DNA of 64,000 nt from Escherichia coli (GCF_044324875.1 NZ_CP172185.1); one strand, 5' to 3'. Shown: positions 1 through 10,851, counted from the stretch's first letter. Numbers and translations are program-made. Notes: generated by a model not told the origin, from the letters alone.

Positions 1-13
1 GTGACATTGTCGT

Positions 14-1390
14 TCATTGCACTGGCACCTTCAGAGGGATCACCGGCACAAAGCCGGGATGCGTAATGGCATTACGCCGGATAATGTCCGCGTCACGCGC
101 CGCGTTATCAAACCAGGTCGCCGCCAGCACCAGCGCGGGTAAAACCTCATCCGGTGTGCGCTGAATGATCCGCGCAGACTGTTCAAGGCGCATGTTGATA
201 TCCGCATTCAGATCTGCTTTCACCCGGCGCAGCGCCAGAAACAGCGCATCACTGGTTGTACGGGACAACTCCTTATCAATTGTCGTATTCAGTGTGTCGC
301 GAATGTCAGTCAGTTCTTCCCACGTCGGCAGGTCAACCGTGCTTTTCACCGCCGGTGCATTGTTCAGTGCCGGATGCGTGACGGAAGGCCAGCCAGTGCT
401 CTGCGCAGGTGTTGTTGCCTGCCCCATTGCGGCATTCTGCATCACCGCGGAAGTTGTTGGCGCAGGCAATCGTGTGACGGCATACGCCGCTTCGCTGATT
501 GCGGTCGTACGAAGGGTGCTGGCAACCACGTTACGCTGCTGCGTCGCCGTAGCGGTAGTTTTACTGTCCGTTTTCCAGACGCCGCGCGGTTGCAGATCGC
601 TGCCGAGGCTGACACCGGAAAGCGTTTTGATCATGGTGACCAGGTCGCTGGCGTTACCATAAAGGCGTTTCCCGGTACGCCACATTTTCTGCACCTGCTC
701 AACGAAATTTTTGCCTGACGATGGCGGCGGCAGAAGTACCGAGATATCCCCCTGCAACAGCCTGGCGGCATCCGATACGGCAGAATCCACCACTTTCATC
801 GCATCAGAAACATACCCAAGCATTGTGCTGGCATTACCGACGACGTCGTTCTGCACAAAATCTGCCACGCCATCGATACTGAAACCACTGAAACTGTCAC
901 TGATGCAGTCATCCAGTGCAGAACAGGATGACATCAGCGTCTGCGCCGTCGCCGCACCTGATGTGGGGTAAGAGAGTTCTCCCGCTTCGACAAACTTCAG
1001 GTCAAAGCGGACAATACGCCCTTCACTCTTCGATGTGCTGACCCGAACCTCCCCGTCAACACAGACTTTCAGCTCACCGTATGTCGGATGGACAAGCGTG
1101 CCGGGACCGGGTTTATTCAGCGCGTCAATCAGGCGATCGCGCTGGTCAAAGCAGTCATCTCCCACCACATAAGCCGTGATGGACGGGCGAAAAGTGATTT
1201 TCCCCAGGTCTTCGGTATAGGGTTTGTCGCGGTTCGGGTATTCATGTGTTTCCACACGGCGACCGGTTCCCGCACTTTCTTCTTCAACCTTAAACGGCAC
1301 GCCGCGAAATGACGCGTCCTGAAGTCTGTCACGCCAGCCTGAAGACGACGAAAGTAATGAAGGTCGGGTGGGAAATGAGGATAAATCCAT
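14..1390 (-). CDS. Mu N-like DNA circularization protein (tail module)
   Basis: 458-aa ORF, N-terminus WRDRLQDASFRGVPF typical of Mu N family; downstream of tape measure gene. Confidence 0.55.
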   Translation of the reverse strand: MDLSSFPTRPSLLSSSSGWRDRLQDASFRGVPFKVEEESAGTGRRVETHEYPNRDKPYTEDLGKITFRPSITAYVVGDDCFDQRDRLIDALNKPGPGTLVHPTYGELKVCVDGEVRVSTSKSEGRIVRFDLKFVEAGELSYPTSGAATAQTLMSSCSALDDCISDSFSGFSIDGVADFVQNDVVGNASTMLGYVSDAMKVVDSAVSDAARLLQGDISVLLPPPSSGKNFVEQVQKMWRTGKRLYGNASDLVTMIKTLSGVSLGSDLQPRGVWKTDSKTTATATQQRNVVASTLRTTAISEAAYAVTRLPAPTTSAVMQNAAMGQATTPAQSTGWPSVTHPALNNAPAVKSTVDLPTWEELTDIRDTLNTTIDKELSRTTSDALFLALRRVKADLNADINMRLEQSARIIQRTPDEVLPALVLAATWFDNAARDADIIRRNAITHPGFVPVIPLKVPVQ

Positions 1391-1414
1391 AGACTGACCT
1401 CAAAAAGGACTGCA

Positions 1415-3322
1415 TTATCGTGGAAAACGAAAAGGGGAATACCCCACATCGTGCGTGATTTTCATCAGGGGATCGGCTTTGCCCGGTACATCAATTATCT
1501 TCATACCTGGCGGAGCATTCTCGAACGTGACTTTCAGTTCGCTGTGCTGTGTCATGGAAGAAGATGGATTCAACAGCGGAACATTGGGTTTGTACTGGCT
1601 CAGGCTGGCCTGATACTGCTCGTACTCTTTACGATCAAAAAAAGGCGTCCAGTCTGAAGCCAGAAACAGCCCTTTATTATCCAGCCAGTTAACCGTATCT
1701 TCAGGAACAACACTTTCCAGAGTATCTTTAACCGGCTCATACATCAGGGTTCCCAGAAAACCATATCCCCCGGCCTTCCCGATAAAGCCGCGGCCTTTCC
1801 CCATCAATCCCGTTTCTGCCGATACCTTCCCCAGCGTACGCATCTCTCTGGTCACTGCGGTAATGGATTTGGTAACGTCAGCAACCCATTTGGTTGCCAT
1901 AAACAGGGCAATCGCTTTCAGAACAGTTTCCCATCCCCCCATCGCCTGCGCCGTTTCATCCACCACGTGCCAGACTTTTTTTATGACAGGGCCTACGGTT
2001 TCCCAGTTATCAATAATGAGGTAAGCGCCACCAACCAGAAGAGCAATCAGCCCCTTAGCTGGCGTCATATTCATCACACCGCCGAGAACTTTCATAATTC
2101 TGGACAAAGAGCCTGCAGCGGCTCCCACCGTCAGTAAGGCCAGACCGATTTTAGCAATGGTCTTAACGAGCTCCGGGTTTTCACGGACAAACGTTCTCAC
2201 TTCCTCAAGGAGCGGTTTTACCGCTTCAAGACCATCATTAACCTCAGGAAGAAACGTTTCCCCCAGCGTGGAAGAAATGGCATCAAGTTGATTTTGCAGA
2301 AGTAAAAGCTGGTTTTCCGTCGTCGCTGCCCTCGAAGCATATTCCTTCTGCATCGAACTGCCATACTGCTGGGAATCCGCAACCCGCCTGAAGTTGGTAC
2401 GCAACAAATCAAGGTTAGTCAGCAGAGGTGCTATCGCGCCCAGAGACTCTTTCCCGAACAGGGCATTCAGCACAGCGGCCCGTTTTTCTTTAGGCACTTT
2501 AGCCATCGCATCCAGTACAGACAGCATGGTGCCCCGGGCATCTTTCTGCATATCAGCAGCTAATTTCTTCGGATTGATCCGCAGAAAACGCAATGCCTGT
2601 TTCTGCGATTTTGTCGCAGAATTTCCCGCGGTCAGGGAAAGCATGAAGTTCTTGATCCCTGTGGCGGCAATTTCTGACTCCACGCCCATCCCGGCAATGG
2701 TTGCCCCCATTGCCGCAATTTCGCCGGAAGCCACACCTGCAACACCACCTAAAGGACCAATACGCGTAACAATATCGGAGATTTTCTTCGCATTCGCCGG
2801 GCCGGTATTACCAAGGTAGTTGATTTTGTCAGCCAGCCCGGCCACTTCATCCTGCGTCATATTAAACGCAGTACGCCACTGGGCCATCATCTGCCCGGAC
2901 TCTTCAGCCGTTGTATCAAAGGCCACGCCCATCTTCACCGCATCAGTGGCAAACTGCATCAGTTCATCACGTGCAATCCCGGCCTGACCGCCAGCCGCCA
3001 CAATTTCCGCGATCCCGTCTGCAGACATGGGAAGCTCTGTAGACAAAGCGCGTACCTGCTCCGTCATGGCCTTAAATGCATCCGGCGTATCCAGACCGTC
3101 CACCACTTTGCGGACATCAGCCATCTTCGATTCAAGGGTGATGGCTGATTTTACAGGGAGTGCCAGTGCCCCCATTATTGCAGTACCCGCCCCGGCAGCA
3201 CCCAGAGCAAGGCTGGAGACTTCTTTCTGAAATCCCTTAAGCTGACGCTGCATACCTTTAAGCGGGCCGGATAGCCTGTCAACGGCGGTGATGATGGCTT
3301 TCAGCTGAAAATTATCAGCCAT
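1415..3322 (-). CDS. Tail tape measure protein
   Basis: 635-aa ORF, Ala/Gly-rich with hydrophobic central segments, positioned between tail chaperone and Mu N-like gene. Confidence 0.7.
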   Translation of the reverse strand: MADNFQLKAIITAVDRLSGPLKGMQRQLKGFQKEVSSLALGAAGAGTAIMGALALPVKSAITLESKMADVRKVVDGLDTPDAFKAMTEQVRALSTELPMSADGIAEIVAAGGQAGIARDELMQFATDAVKMGVAFDTTAEESGQMMAQWRTAFNMTQDEVAGLADKINYLGNTGPANAKKISDIVTRIGPLGGVAGVASGEIAAMGATIAGMGVESEIAATGIKNFMLSLTAGNSATKSQKQALRFLRINPKKLAADMQKDARGTMLSVLDAMAKVPKEKRAAVLNALFGKESLGAIAPLLTNLDLLRTNFRRVADSQQYGSSMQKEYASRAATTENQLLLLQNQLDAISSTLGETFLPEVNDGLEAVKPLLEEVRTFVRENPELVKTIAKIGLALLTVGAAAGSLSRIMKVLGGVMNMTPAKGLIALLVGGAYLIIDNWETVGPVIKKVWHVVDETAQAMGGWETVLKAIALFMATKWVADVTKSITAVTREMRTLGKVSAETGLMGKGRGFIGKAGGYGFLGTLMYEPVKDTLESVVPEDTVNWLDNKGLFLASDWTPFFDRKEYEQYQASLSQYKPNVPLLNPSSSMTQHSELKVTFENAPPGMKIIDVPGKADPLMKITHDVGYSPFRFPR

Positions 3323-3406
3323 GCTTCATCTCCTCATTTATACGGACGGCCTCTGCCTCCAGATCAGCAAAGTGGGAAATAGCCGTCCGGCGAAGTTCAA
3401 GTGGGT

Positions 3407-3730
3407 TTAATTTCCAGAACCACGCGACATTGTAGAATCGCTTCCTGAGGTCTCTTCCGTCTCCAAGCCGGTAAAAAAACGCATTACAATCATGCCTGCC
3501 TTGAAAATATCCAGCTTCGTCATCTGCGCTGCAGACGAGCGCGGGATCCCGGCCAGAAGCGGGATATATTTCAGCGCCACCTGACTGTCCATTTTCATAC
3601 CACCATCAGGCGAAACAGAGAAAGGGAACCCCAGCGCCTCAATCTCGTCATACGTAGGCTCACGTATTTCCAACACATGCAGTGTTTCTTTGTGGGCGAT
3701 GATCGGTTTTTTAAGTACAAGCTCAATCAC
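3407..3730 (-). CDS. Putative tail assembly chaperone
   Basis: 107-aa ORF between tail tube and tape measure genes; position-based. Confidence 0.35.
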   Translation of the reverse strand: MIELVLKKPIIAHKETLHVLEIREPTYDEIEALGFPFSVSPDGGMKMDSQVALKYIPLLAGIPRSSAAQMTKLDIFKAGMIVMRFFTGLETEETSGSDSTMSRGSGN

Positions 3731-4083
3731 TGGTAATCCCCTTCTTCACCGTGAAATTCAATATCGACCGTGCCTTCTTCGGCATTATGGTTCGCTTCGC
3801 CGTGCAGCCAGGCTGACGACAATACATAGACCTGACCGTTCGCCAGCTCGGCAGTGATGGTCATCTCATCAGACGAGGTGATTTTGCTCACCGGAAAATT
3901 CTTCGGTACCTTGAAGGTCCCTTTGACATAAGGTGCACGGTGAGTTTCCTTGCGGTCCACTGAACCGTCCAGACCGATGATGTCATCATTAACCGTTTTG
4001 TTCATGGGCACCTCAATGCCGCCGGTCAGCGATAGCTGCTGACCGTCAATCTTGAAATAACAGGTTCCCCCGATACGGGCCAT
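3727..4083 (-). CDS. Tail tube protein (Mu M-like)
   Basis: 118-aa ORF immediately downstream of the sheath gene, 1-nt junction. Confidence 0.5.
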   Translation of the reverse strand: MARIGGTCYFKIDGQQLSLTGGIEVPMNKTVNDDIIGLDGSVDRKETHRAPYVKGTFKVPKNFPVSKITSSDEMTITAELANGQVYVLSSAWLHGEANHNAEEGTVDIEFHGEEGDYQ

Positions 4084-5579
4084 TATGCGGACTCCTCTGA
4101 ATACTGAAGACGGAACTGGTTAACCACGGCAAAGACACGCAGCTGGTTAACATAGTCAGGCGGGAACAGCGTGTTCAGGCGATTTGGATCGCTGGCATCA
4201 CGCTCCACAACCAGGTACTGCTTAAACAGTTCGTAGTTTTCCACGATGCCCGCACGCTCGAGCTGACGGTAGGTTGCCAGCAGTTCCCCTTTGATCACCG
4301 CCGGGGTGACAATCGCCTGACCGGGACCAAAGCGGGTACCGTCGCTGGCAAGCTTGTGACGCCCGTACTTACTGGTAATGACGGATTTCAGTTTGCGCAG
4401 TACATACGCACTGGTATGCAGCGTCTCGCTGTCGAGGTAGCTGTTATCCGCAACCCCGTAAGCATTTTCCCTGTACGTGGTGACATCACGCTGAATGCGC
4501 AGCACCCCGCTTTCGACATACGCCGTTGCCACGCCATGAGACAGCAGGGTCTGTTGTTCTGTCATCGTGAACCGTTTCCCCTTCGGCGCAGGCAGCATAC
4601 CCACCAGCTCACCGGTCTGCGTGGGACGTGCCGGATCGTTGCGAATAAACACCGCTGCGCGGGCGGTACGGCTTGCCGCCAGCTCGTCGGCAGGCGTCTG
4701 GGTGTCTTTTTCGTATCCCGCCAGGGTAATGTGCTGCTGGTTAAACTGGTCACCTGCGGTCACCAGTTCTGACAGCGTGCCGATCTTTGCCGTATACACA
4801 TGACCATACAGCTGACGCGCATAGCTCCAGCGACCGCTGGTATCGTTCATCTCGGTCACCAGCGTGTTAACGGAGGCCGTGTCGTTGAACGGCAGGCCGA
4901 TATAATCAAACGGCTCATCCGCCATTGCAGCCACCGCGCCGGTGAGAACCGGAGCGCCCGTTCCGGCGGTACCCGTCGCCACAGCAATCTGTACACCCGC
5001 TGGCAGCACTTCGCCACCACCAAAGCCGTAGTAATTGAGGCTGACAGGAATTTCATTCCCGCAAAGCCCCTTATGACGCGCGGTCAGCGTGACCACGCCT
5101 GCCGAAGATGAGGCCGTAAACGGCAGGGTCGGAACGGCATTGATGGCATCCTGGATACTGCTGGCAATCGTCGTGACGTTATCGCCGTTGGTCACCGGTG
5201 CCTGCACGCGGGTACGTCCCACATAAACATTCACCGTGCCGCTTTCGGTTGCTGCTCCAGTCACCGTCAGCGTAACCGTTGCCGCCGCGCCCGTGGATTC
5301 AGGAACGGCAATCACATACAGCTCACCAAACGGGTCGGTCTGGCGATAAGCCTCGACCATACGCGCCAGCTGACTTCCCGCACCACAAATCTGGCATGCA
5401 TAGTCTGCCGACGGCATCAGCACCAGACTGTTGGCAACAATCTCTGCACCGTTATTGGCATGACCAATCAGCAGCGATGCTCCGCTGTCCTGTGCAGTAT
5501 TCGCAGCCTGGTTATCCATTTCCGCATAAAACAGCGGAACCAGCGTATTCGACGGAATGGTGTTAAAGCTTATCGTCAT
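4083..5579 (-). CDS. Contractile tail sheath protein (Mu L-like)
   Basis: 498-aa ORF, MTISFNTIPSNTLVPLFYAEMDN N-terminus typical of myovirus sheath proteins. Confidence 0.75.
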   Translation of the reverse strand: MTISFNTIPSNTLVPLFYAEMDNQAANTAQDSGASLLIGHANNGAEIVANSLVLMPSADYACQICGAGSQLARMVEAYRQTDPFGELYVIAVPESTGAAATVTLTVTGAATESGTVNVYVGRTRVQAPVTNGDNVTTIASSIQDAINAVPTLPFTASSSAGVVTLTARHKGLCGNEIPVSLNYYGFGGGEVLPAGVQIAVATGTAGTGAPVLTGAVAAMADEPFDYIGLPFNDTASVNTLVTEMNDTSGRWSYARQLYGHVYTAKIGTLSELVTAGDQFNQQHITLAGYEKDTQTPADELAASRTARAAVFIRNDPARPTQTGELVGMLPAPKGKRFTMTEQQTLLSHGVATAYVESGVLRIQRDVTTYRENAYGVADNSYLDSETLHTSAYVLRKLKSVITSKYGRHKLASDGTRFGPGQAIVTPAVIKGELLATYRQLERAGIVENYELFKQYLVVERDASDPNRLNTLFPPDYVNQLRVFAVVNQFRLQYSEESA

Positions 5580-5741
5580 CGGTATTCACCTTTTTATTCA
5601 CGCGCCGGATATCACCCGCTGCTTCACGGCGCAGCCAGTAGTTGTTCTCGTCAACATTTCGCCCTTCGGCGGGCAAAAGGTCGCCGCGGGCAGGGTCAGG
5701 CACTGACCGCCCTTTAACAGGTTTCACAAACATGAGGATCC

Positions 5742-6302
5742 TCAGGAAGGAAGGGTTATTTCGGTGTGATGTTCGATATCGCCGTCAGGCCCGTTACCGG
5801 GATCGAGATAATCAACATCAATCGCCAGCGTTCGCAGTTCATCCAGACTGTTCAGGTCATCCTGCTGGCGGGTATCGTCTTCGGTCAGCTCGCTGATGAC
5901 CGAAAAATCGAACTGATAAATCAGCTCATGACGATTCAGATCCAGCAGCGTGCCGCCGTCATAGGTAATCGGGTTACCGCACGCTTCCGGGTTCCAGCCC
6001 AGCAGAGCCTTAAAGAGCATCTGCCGGACATCGTCCACCACATCATACGAGGCAAACTGACCGCGCTCATCACGCCCGTTACTCAGTATGACAACCACGG
6101 AGAAGCCCTCTTTCAGCTCCTGCCAGTAGTCGGTCTGGCTTTTGTTTTCTCCCGGAGAGTCATCACCCGGTACCACATACGCCGCCGGGAGTCTCAGCTT
6201 TCCGACCTCCGGCAGATTTTTGAACTGTGCCGCGCCTGCCACCCGGTTTTCAAAATACGGGCAGCGGGCACGCAGCGCAGCAATAACAGGCGTCAGTTTC
6301 AT
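5742..6302 (-). CDS. Phage structural protein (head-tail joining or tail completion)
   Basis: 186-aa ORF in head-tail joining block; position-based. Confidence 0.4.
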   Translation of the reverse strand: MKLTPVIAALRARCPYFENRVAGAAQFKNLPEVGKLRLPAAYVVPGDDSPGENKSQTDYWQELKEGFSVVVILSNGRDERGQFASYDVVDDVRQMLFKALLGWNPEACGNPITYDGGTLLDLNRHELIYQFDFSVISELTEDDTRQQDDLNSLDELRTLAIDVDYLDPGNGPDGDIEHHTEITLPS

Positions 6303-6805
6303 CTGTGTCGTCGCTCCGGCTTCAGTGATTTACGCAATTCCCGCGCCAGAAAATAGCGTGTCCAGCTGCGGTTCTTTTCAAGAGTTTCCACCATAAAGTT
6401 ATTACGTGGAGCCAGCCGCCAGCCGCTGCCACCGGATGCACCACGATGATGGCTACGACGACGTTTTGCTCCTCCCCGGACACCAAAAAACAGAAACGCC
6501 GGATAGAAGTCACCAGAGATCATCCGGTTCCCCTTCCCGTTGCGCTGGTTAGGGGCAATGCGTGTCATAAAACCGGCTCGCTTTTTACTGGCTCTCGGCA
6601 CCATGTAACCAATCGAACGAGCCAGACGTCCGGTCTGATAACCGGGATTTTCACCCGGTGCCGACCGCGCACGGCGCATCACCAGCCGACGGGCATTACG
6701 CATATGACGCTGCCCAATCGTGACAAACGCCCGCCGGACACGGGCGCGGTTAAAGCGCATCTCCGCGGGCTGCTGAACATCAACGTGAAAAAAGGGAGTC
6801 GCCAT
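6299..6805 (-). CDS. Phage structural protein, Arg-rich
   Basis: 168-aa basic ORF overlapping neighbours by a few nt in operon arrangement. Confidence 0.35.
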   Translation of the reverse strand: MATPFFHVDVQQPAEMRFNRARVRRAFVTIGQRHMRNARRLVMRRARSAPGENPGYQTGRLARSIGYMVPRASKKRAGFMTRIAPNQRNGKGNRMISGDFYPAFLFFGVRGGAKRRRSHHRGASGGSGWRLAPRNNFMVETLEKNRSWTRYFLARELRKSLKPERRHR

Positions 6806-7190
6806 TGCTGCCTCCGTGACTCTGCGTAAATTCGCCCAGTTCCGTACACTCCAGCAGCAGAAAGCGCCGCGCCCCGTTCAGATCGCGCTGACGTTTCACC
6901 CGGTACACACTGTCACCGCAGACCACCTCATAATCAGCGGTGATCCCCCGGCGGTAGCGAATGGTGATGTAATGGGTGATGGCGTCTCCAGTCTGCGCGG
7001 TTTCCTGCCAGGTGGTGGCACTGGTCTGGATAACCTTCGCCCATGTCCGGAACGTAACCGGGTATTGATGCTCCACGCCAAAGTTATCCGCGGGCATATC
7101 CACCCGCTGGCGGATCAGGACGCGTTTATTCAGTTCACCGGGGTCCGGCAGAATGTAGGTTGCGCTGGTCTGCGCCTGACGAATTTTCAT
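6780..7190 (-). CDS. Head-tail adaptor or head closure protein
   Basis: 136-aa ORF in conserved position after connector gene. Confidence 0.45.
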   Translation of the reverse strand: MKIRQAQTSATYILPDPGELNKRVLIRQRVDMPADNFGVEHQYPVTFRTWAKVIQTSATTWQETAQTGDAITHYITIRYRRGITADYEVVCGDSVYRVKRQRDLNGARRFLLLECTELGEFTQSHGGSNGDSLFSR

Positions 7191-7510
7191 TGCGGAAAGT
7201 ACCTGTACGGGCCGACAAGCCAGCCAAAACTCTGCGGCATGTCGAGTTTCTCCACTTCCGTAACCGACGAGTGGTTTTCGTAAAAATGGCTGATAAGCAT
7301 CAGCATCCCCAGACGAATATCATCCGGCAGGTGCAGCCCGTCCGGATCGCTGTCCGGAATGGTTTCATCCGGTGCATAGAGCTTCCGGTTCAGATACGTT
7401 TCCGTCCGCTTTTGCGCCGCACAGGCCAGCAGTTGCAGATGGCGGTCATCAGCATCGAAATCCTCATCCAGCCGGAGTTGGGCTTTAATCTCTTCCATTG
7501 TCAGAAGCAT
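7187..7510 (-). CDS. Head-tail connector protein (gp6-like)
   Basis: 107-aa acidic ORF directly downstream of capsid gene block. Confidence 0.5.
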   Translation of the reverse strand: MLLTMEEIKAQLRLDEDFDADDRHLQLLACAAQKRTETYLNRKLYAPDETIPDSDPDGLHLPDDIRLGMLMLISHFYENHSSVTEVEKLDMPQSFGWLVGPYRYFPQ

Positions 7511-7512
7511 AC

Positions 7513-7713
7513 TCAGCCCTCTTTACTGGTCGTGGCTTTTTTCTCTTTTGCCGCTTTACTGCTTTTTGTACTGATTCCGCGCTCTGCTAACCCAGCCTGA
7601 AGTGCAATCTCCTGCACCCGGGCAGGAAGCGCCCCGTCGTCATACTCACCGGCCCGAATGACCTCAACACGCATACCGTCCGGTGACCATTTCAGATCTT
7701 GTTTCAGGATCAT
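7513..7713 (-). CDS. Small phage protein, hypothetical
   Basis: 66-aa ORF between capsid and connector genes. Confidence 0.3.
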   Translation of the reverse strand: MILKQDLKWSPDGMRVEVIRAGEYDDGALPARVQEIALQAGLAERGISTKSSKAAKEKKATTSKEG

Positions 7714-7761
7714 GATTCTTCACCCGTCAGAACAGGGGCGCGGTTCCGCGCCCCTGAGTGA

Positions 7762-8967
7762 TTACGCCGCTGCAATCTTCAGCAGTTTGATGGCCTGCGA
7801 ATCGACCAGCATCCCGCCGGTGCGCTTGGTGGTATAAAAACCGACAAACGGTTTATTGGTGTACGGGTCACGCAGAATGCGGGTGCCGATACGGTCAACG
7901 ATGGTGTAACCCCGTTTGAAGTTACCAAATGCAATGGCTTTCGCATCAGCGGCGATATCCGGCATCTGTTCGTTTTCAGCGATACCGTAACCCGCCAGAG
8001 AGGACGGCTGCCCCAGTTCCAGCCCCGGACGCCACAGATAGTTACCCTCGGTGTCTTTCAGCAGACGGATGGCAAACAGGCTGTTGTTGTTCATCATGAA
8101 CTTCGCGCCAGTGCGGTGTGCCTTACGCAGCGTGTAAATCAGTTTGATAATGGCGTCTGCGGTCACCGCCGTCGCTTCGCCGGATACAATATGCTGAAGT
8201 TTGCCGAACGCCCGGACCTTATCGGTTTCATCAGTGGATTCATACGCCAGGAACCCTTTCGGCTTCTTGGTACCATCGCCGGTGGTAAAGGCAATTTCTT
8301 CCTGTTCGGCAAATTCGGTTGCCAGCTCGCTGTTGATCCATGCTTCCACGTTGAAAAAGGCATCATCCAGCATTTTCTGGGTAGCCTGCGGGTTACCGTA
8401 GATTTCCCCCATGAAAGGTTCAATCAGTCCCAGTTTTGAGGTGGCAGTCTGGGAGCGCGCGTCAGTCTCGCCAACCCATCCGGAAGCCGTGCCGCCCAGA
8501 TTCACCAGTTTTTTGTAGTCGGAACCGCCAACGGTGATCACCGTGGCTTCCTGGCGCATCACCACTTCATCTTTCAGCAGGGTAAGAATGTTGCGATCCA
8601 GTGCTTCCGGCACGGCATAGCCGCCGTCTTCATCGGTGCCCACCTGTAATGCCTTGCGCTCCAGATCGCGCAGACCATCTTCACGGCCTTTACGCAGGAA
8701 GCCCACAAACGCTTCTTTATGCTCGGTGGCCAGTTTATTTTGCGCACCACCTGCCGGACGTTTCAGCTCAAGAAGCTCTTTTTCAAGATCGCTTTTGAGG
8801 TTTTCCAGCTCGCTGAGTTTCCCGTTCAGGGTTTCCACCTGCCCGGCAAGTTTGCCTTTTTCCTGCTCAATCGCATCCACGCGCTTGTCGTTCTTTGCTT
8901 TGAAGTCGTCAAACTTCTGCTGCAGCTCCTGCGCGACCTGTTCGACATCTTTAATATCAACCGCCAT
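7762..8967 (-). CDS. Major capsid protein, HK97 family
   Basis: 401-aa ORF with coiled-coil N-terminal delta domain then HK97-fold region; follows prohead protease. Confidence 0.85.
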   Translation of the reverse strand: MAVDIKDVEQVAQELQQKFDDFKAKNDKRVDAIEQEKGKLAGQVETLNGKLSELENLKSDLEKELLELKRPAGGAQNKLATEHKEAFVGFLRKGREDGLRDLERKALQVGTDEDGGYAVPEALDRNILTLLKDEVVMRQEATVITVGGSDYKKLVNLGGTASGWVGETDARSQTATSKLGLIEPFMGEIYGNPQATQKMLDDAFFNVEAWINSELATEFAEQEEIAFTTGDGTKKPKGFLAYESTDETDKVRAFGKLQHIVSGEATAVTADAIIKLIYTLRKAHRTGAKFMMNNNSLFAIRLLKDTEGNYLWRPGLELGQPSSLAGYGIAENEQMPDIAADAKAIAFGNFKRGYTIVDRIGTRILRDPYTNKPFVGFYTTKRTGGMLVDSQAIKLLKIAAA

Positions 8968-8981
8968 CGTATTTCTCCTGA

Positions 8982-9668
8982 TTAGAAGTTCAGATTTTTC
9001 AGTGCATTCAGTGCAGAGCCCACATCCTCAGCGTCGCGCAGGGACAGTGCGCCATAGCCCCCGGCCATGAATGCTTTGGCCTGGGTACGGGAGAGTCCGA
9101 CATCACGCAGGACTCTTTCGATTTTTTTCTGTTCGGGGATTTCCCCGCGGGCCAGTGCGTTCTTGACGTCGCTGATCCGCGCCTCGTCGTTAGACGGGAA
9201 CGTCACCAGGCTGACTTCCCAGAGGTCGATTTCTTTCAGCAGAAAGGCTTCTTTGCTCCGGTCGTATTCCCAGTCTTTCAGGACATACCCAATAGAAAGG
9301 CCGGTTAACGAACCGGCCTTCATGTGTGCATGTGCGCGTTTTGCGAGGGGATCATCATCAATAAGCAACCGTCCCCTGACGTAAAGCCCGACATCGTCTT
9401 CCTTCATTTCGGTGTAAACACCGATGGGTTCATCCATGCGGTGCTGCCAGAGCAGCGCAGGTAACGCTTTTCTGTCACTCCACGCCCGCAGGGAAGCAGC
9501 AAATGCCCCGGACATCACCACATCATCGTGGCTGTCCTTTACACCAAAGACGGAGCCATACCCTTCAAACTCACCGGAGTCACTGACAGATTTCAGACTC
9601 AGCGGTACATCAAGACGTTGTTTCGTCTGCATTGGCGTTATCCTTCTGCTTACCGGCTTTACTGCCAT
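8982..9668 (-). CDS. Prohead protease, HK97 family (true start may be an internal Met)
   Basis: 228-aa ORF between portal and capsid; 5' end overlaps portal gene. Confidence 0.8.
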   Translation of the reverse strand: MAVKPVSRRITPMQTKQRLDVPLSLKSVSDSGEFEGYGSVFGVKDSHDDVVMSGAFAASLRAWSDRKALPALLWQHRMDEPIGVYTEMKEDDVGLYVRGRLLIDDDPLAKRAHAHMKAGSLTGLSIGYVLKDWEYDRSKEAFLLKEIDLWEVSLVTFPSNDEARISDVKNALARGEIPEQKKIERVLRDVGLSRTQAKAFMAGGYGALSLRDAEDVGSALNALKNLNF

Positions 9669-10851
9669 CGGAGGGTTTCGTGGTCATGTTCATCGGTGTG
9701 AGATAGACATCCCCACCGGGACGCGGATTCATATCTTCCAGGTCGCGGCAGTCATTGGGAGAGTAAATTCCCCAGTTGATCCCGGTGGCGTAGGCTTCAA
9801 AACGGGACTTCATATCCCCGCGCAGTAACGCCCCGGCGTTAAATTTGGCGTAATAAACGCCCTGCTTACTTTTTCGTACCAGTCCGGTGTTGATCCGCTG
9901 TTCGATGCGGGTCAGATACGGCACCAGTGAATAGTTGATAAATCCCAGCCCCAGCTCTTCGATATTGTTGAAGGTGGCGCGATCGGTGTTCTGCACCATG
10001 TGCAACGGCACCCGGAACAGACGACAGATTTCTTCAAGCTGAAACTTGCGGGTTTCCAGGAACTGGCTGTCCTCGGCGTTCAGCGCCATCGACTTCCAGT
10101 CCAGCCCCATCTCAAGGATCATCGGGCGGTGAGCATTGCCAAGCCCGGTGTGACGCTCCTCAAAATCTTTCTTCAGGCGCTCATAAGCCTGATCTGACAG
10201 CGTCTGCTCTGTACGCAACACCCCCGACGTCACCGCGCCATTGCTGAACAGTCTGGCCCCGTGCTCTTCGGTCGCTGCCGCCAGCGATATTGCCTCGCGG
10301 GCATAGGCGACGGGATTCAGCCCCACCAGTCCGTCCAGCGTCAGCGTGCGCACATGCCAGATATCCTCCTGGCTCAGTACATCCGTGGAGCCATCCGGGA
10401 ATGTGACCTGATAGACCGGCTCCCAGCTACTGTTAAGCTTCGGTACCACACAACCGGGATCGACGGGCAGCAGTTCAGCCACTTCGCCAAATGCTTTCAC
10501 TTTGTAGGCGTAAAAATTTCCCCTCAGACACAGACAGGTGACCACCAGCTCCCAGAACTCCTGCGGCGTCATATAGCTATTGGGATGCGTGGAGATCAGT
10601 TTATGCAGACGTTCGCCGGTGGCTCTCTGCTTCAGGCTGCCGTTCAGGTGATACAGATTGCAGGGCAACATCCCGACCGACTCTGCCAGCACTCTGACGC
10701 AGGAAAAAACCGCCGTCAGTCGCATGGCTCGCTGACTGCTGATCTGCTTTCCGGTATAGGTGTCGTAGGACAACCCGATGGCATCCGCCAGCTCTGCTGG
10801 CGTGGTCACCGGTGCGTCACTTTTTCGTTGAAATAATCCCGAAAAGAACAC
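9610..10851 (-). CDS. Portal protein
   Basis: 413-aa ORF downstream of large terminase, HK97-type portal features. Confidence 0.8.
   Translation of the reverse strand: MFFSGLFQRKSDAPVTTPAELADAIGLSYDTYTGKQISSQRAMRLTAVFSCVRVLAESVGMLPCNLYHLNGSLKQRATGERLHKLISTHPNSYMTPQEFWELVVTCLCLRGNFYAYKVKAFGEVAELLPVDPGCVVPKLNSSWEPVYQVTFPDGSTDVLSQEDIWHVRTLTLDGLVGLNPVAYAREAISLAAATEEHGARLFSNGAVTSGVLRTEQTLSDQAYERLKKDFEERHTGLGNAHRPMILEMGLDWKSMALNAEDSQFLETRKFQLEEICRLFRVPLHMVQNTDRATFNNIEELGLGFINYSLVPYLTRIEQRINTGLVRKSKQGVYYAKFNAGALLRGDMKSRFEAYATGINWGIYSPNDCRDLEDMNPRPGGDVYLTPMNMTTKPSDGSKAGKQKDNANADETTS

Noticed and set aside
1-17. Start of another minus-strand tail gene (ATGAACGACAATGTCAC read from position 17 leftwards)
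   Set aside because: Only 17 nt fall inside the window, too little to support an annotation.
3323-3730. Programmed translational frameshift in the tail assembly chaperone
   Set aside because: Expected for this gene position in many tailed phages, but I could not identify a slippery sequence or a convincing extended frame by eye.
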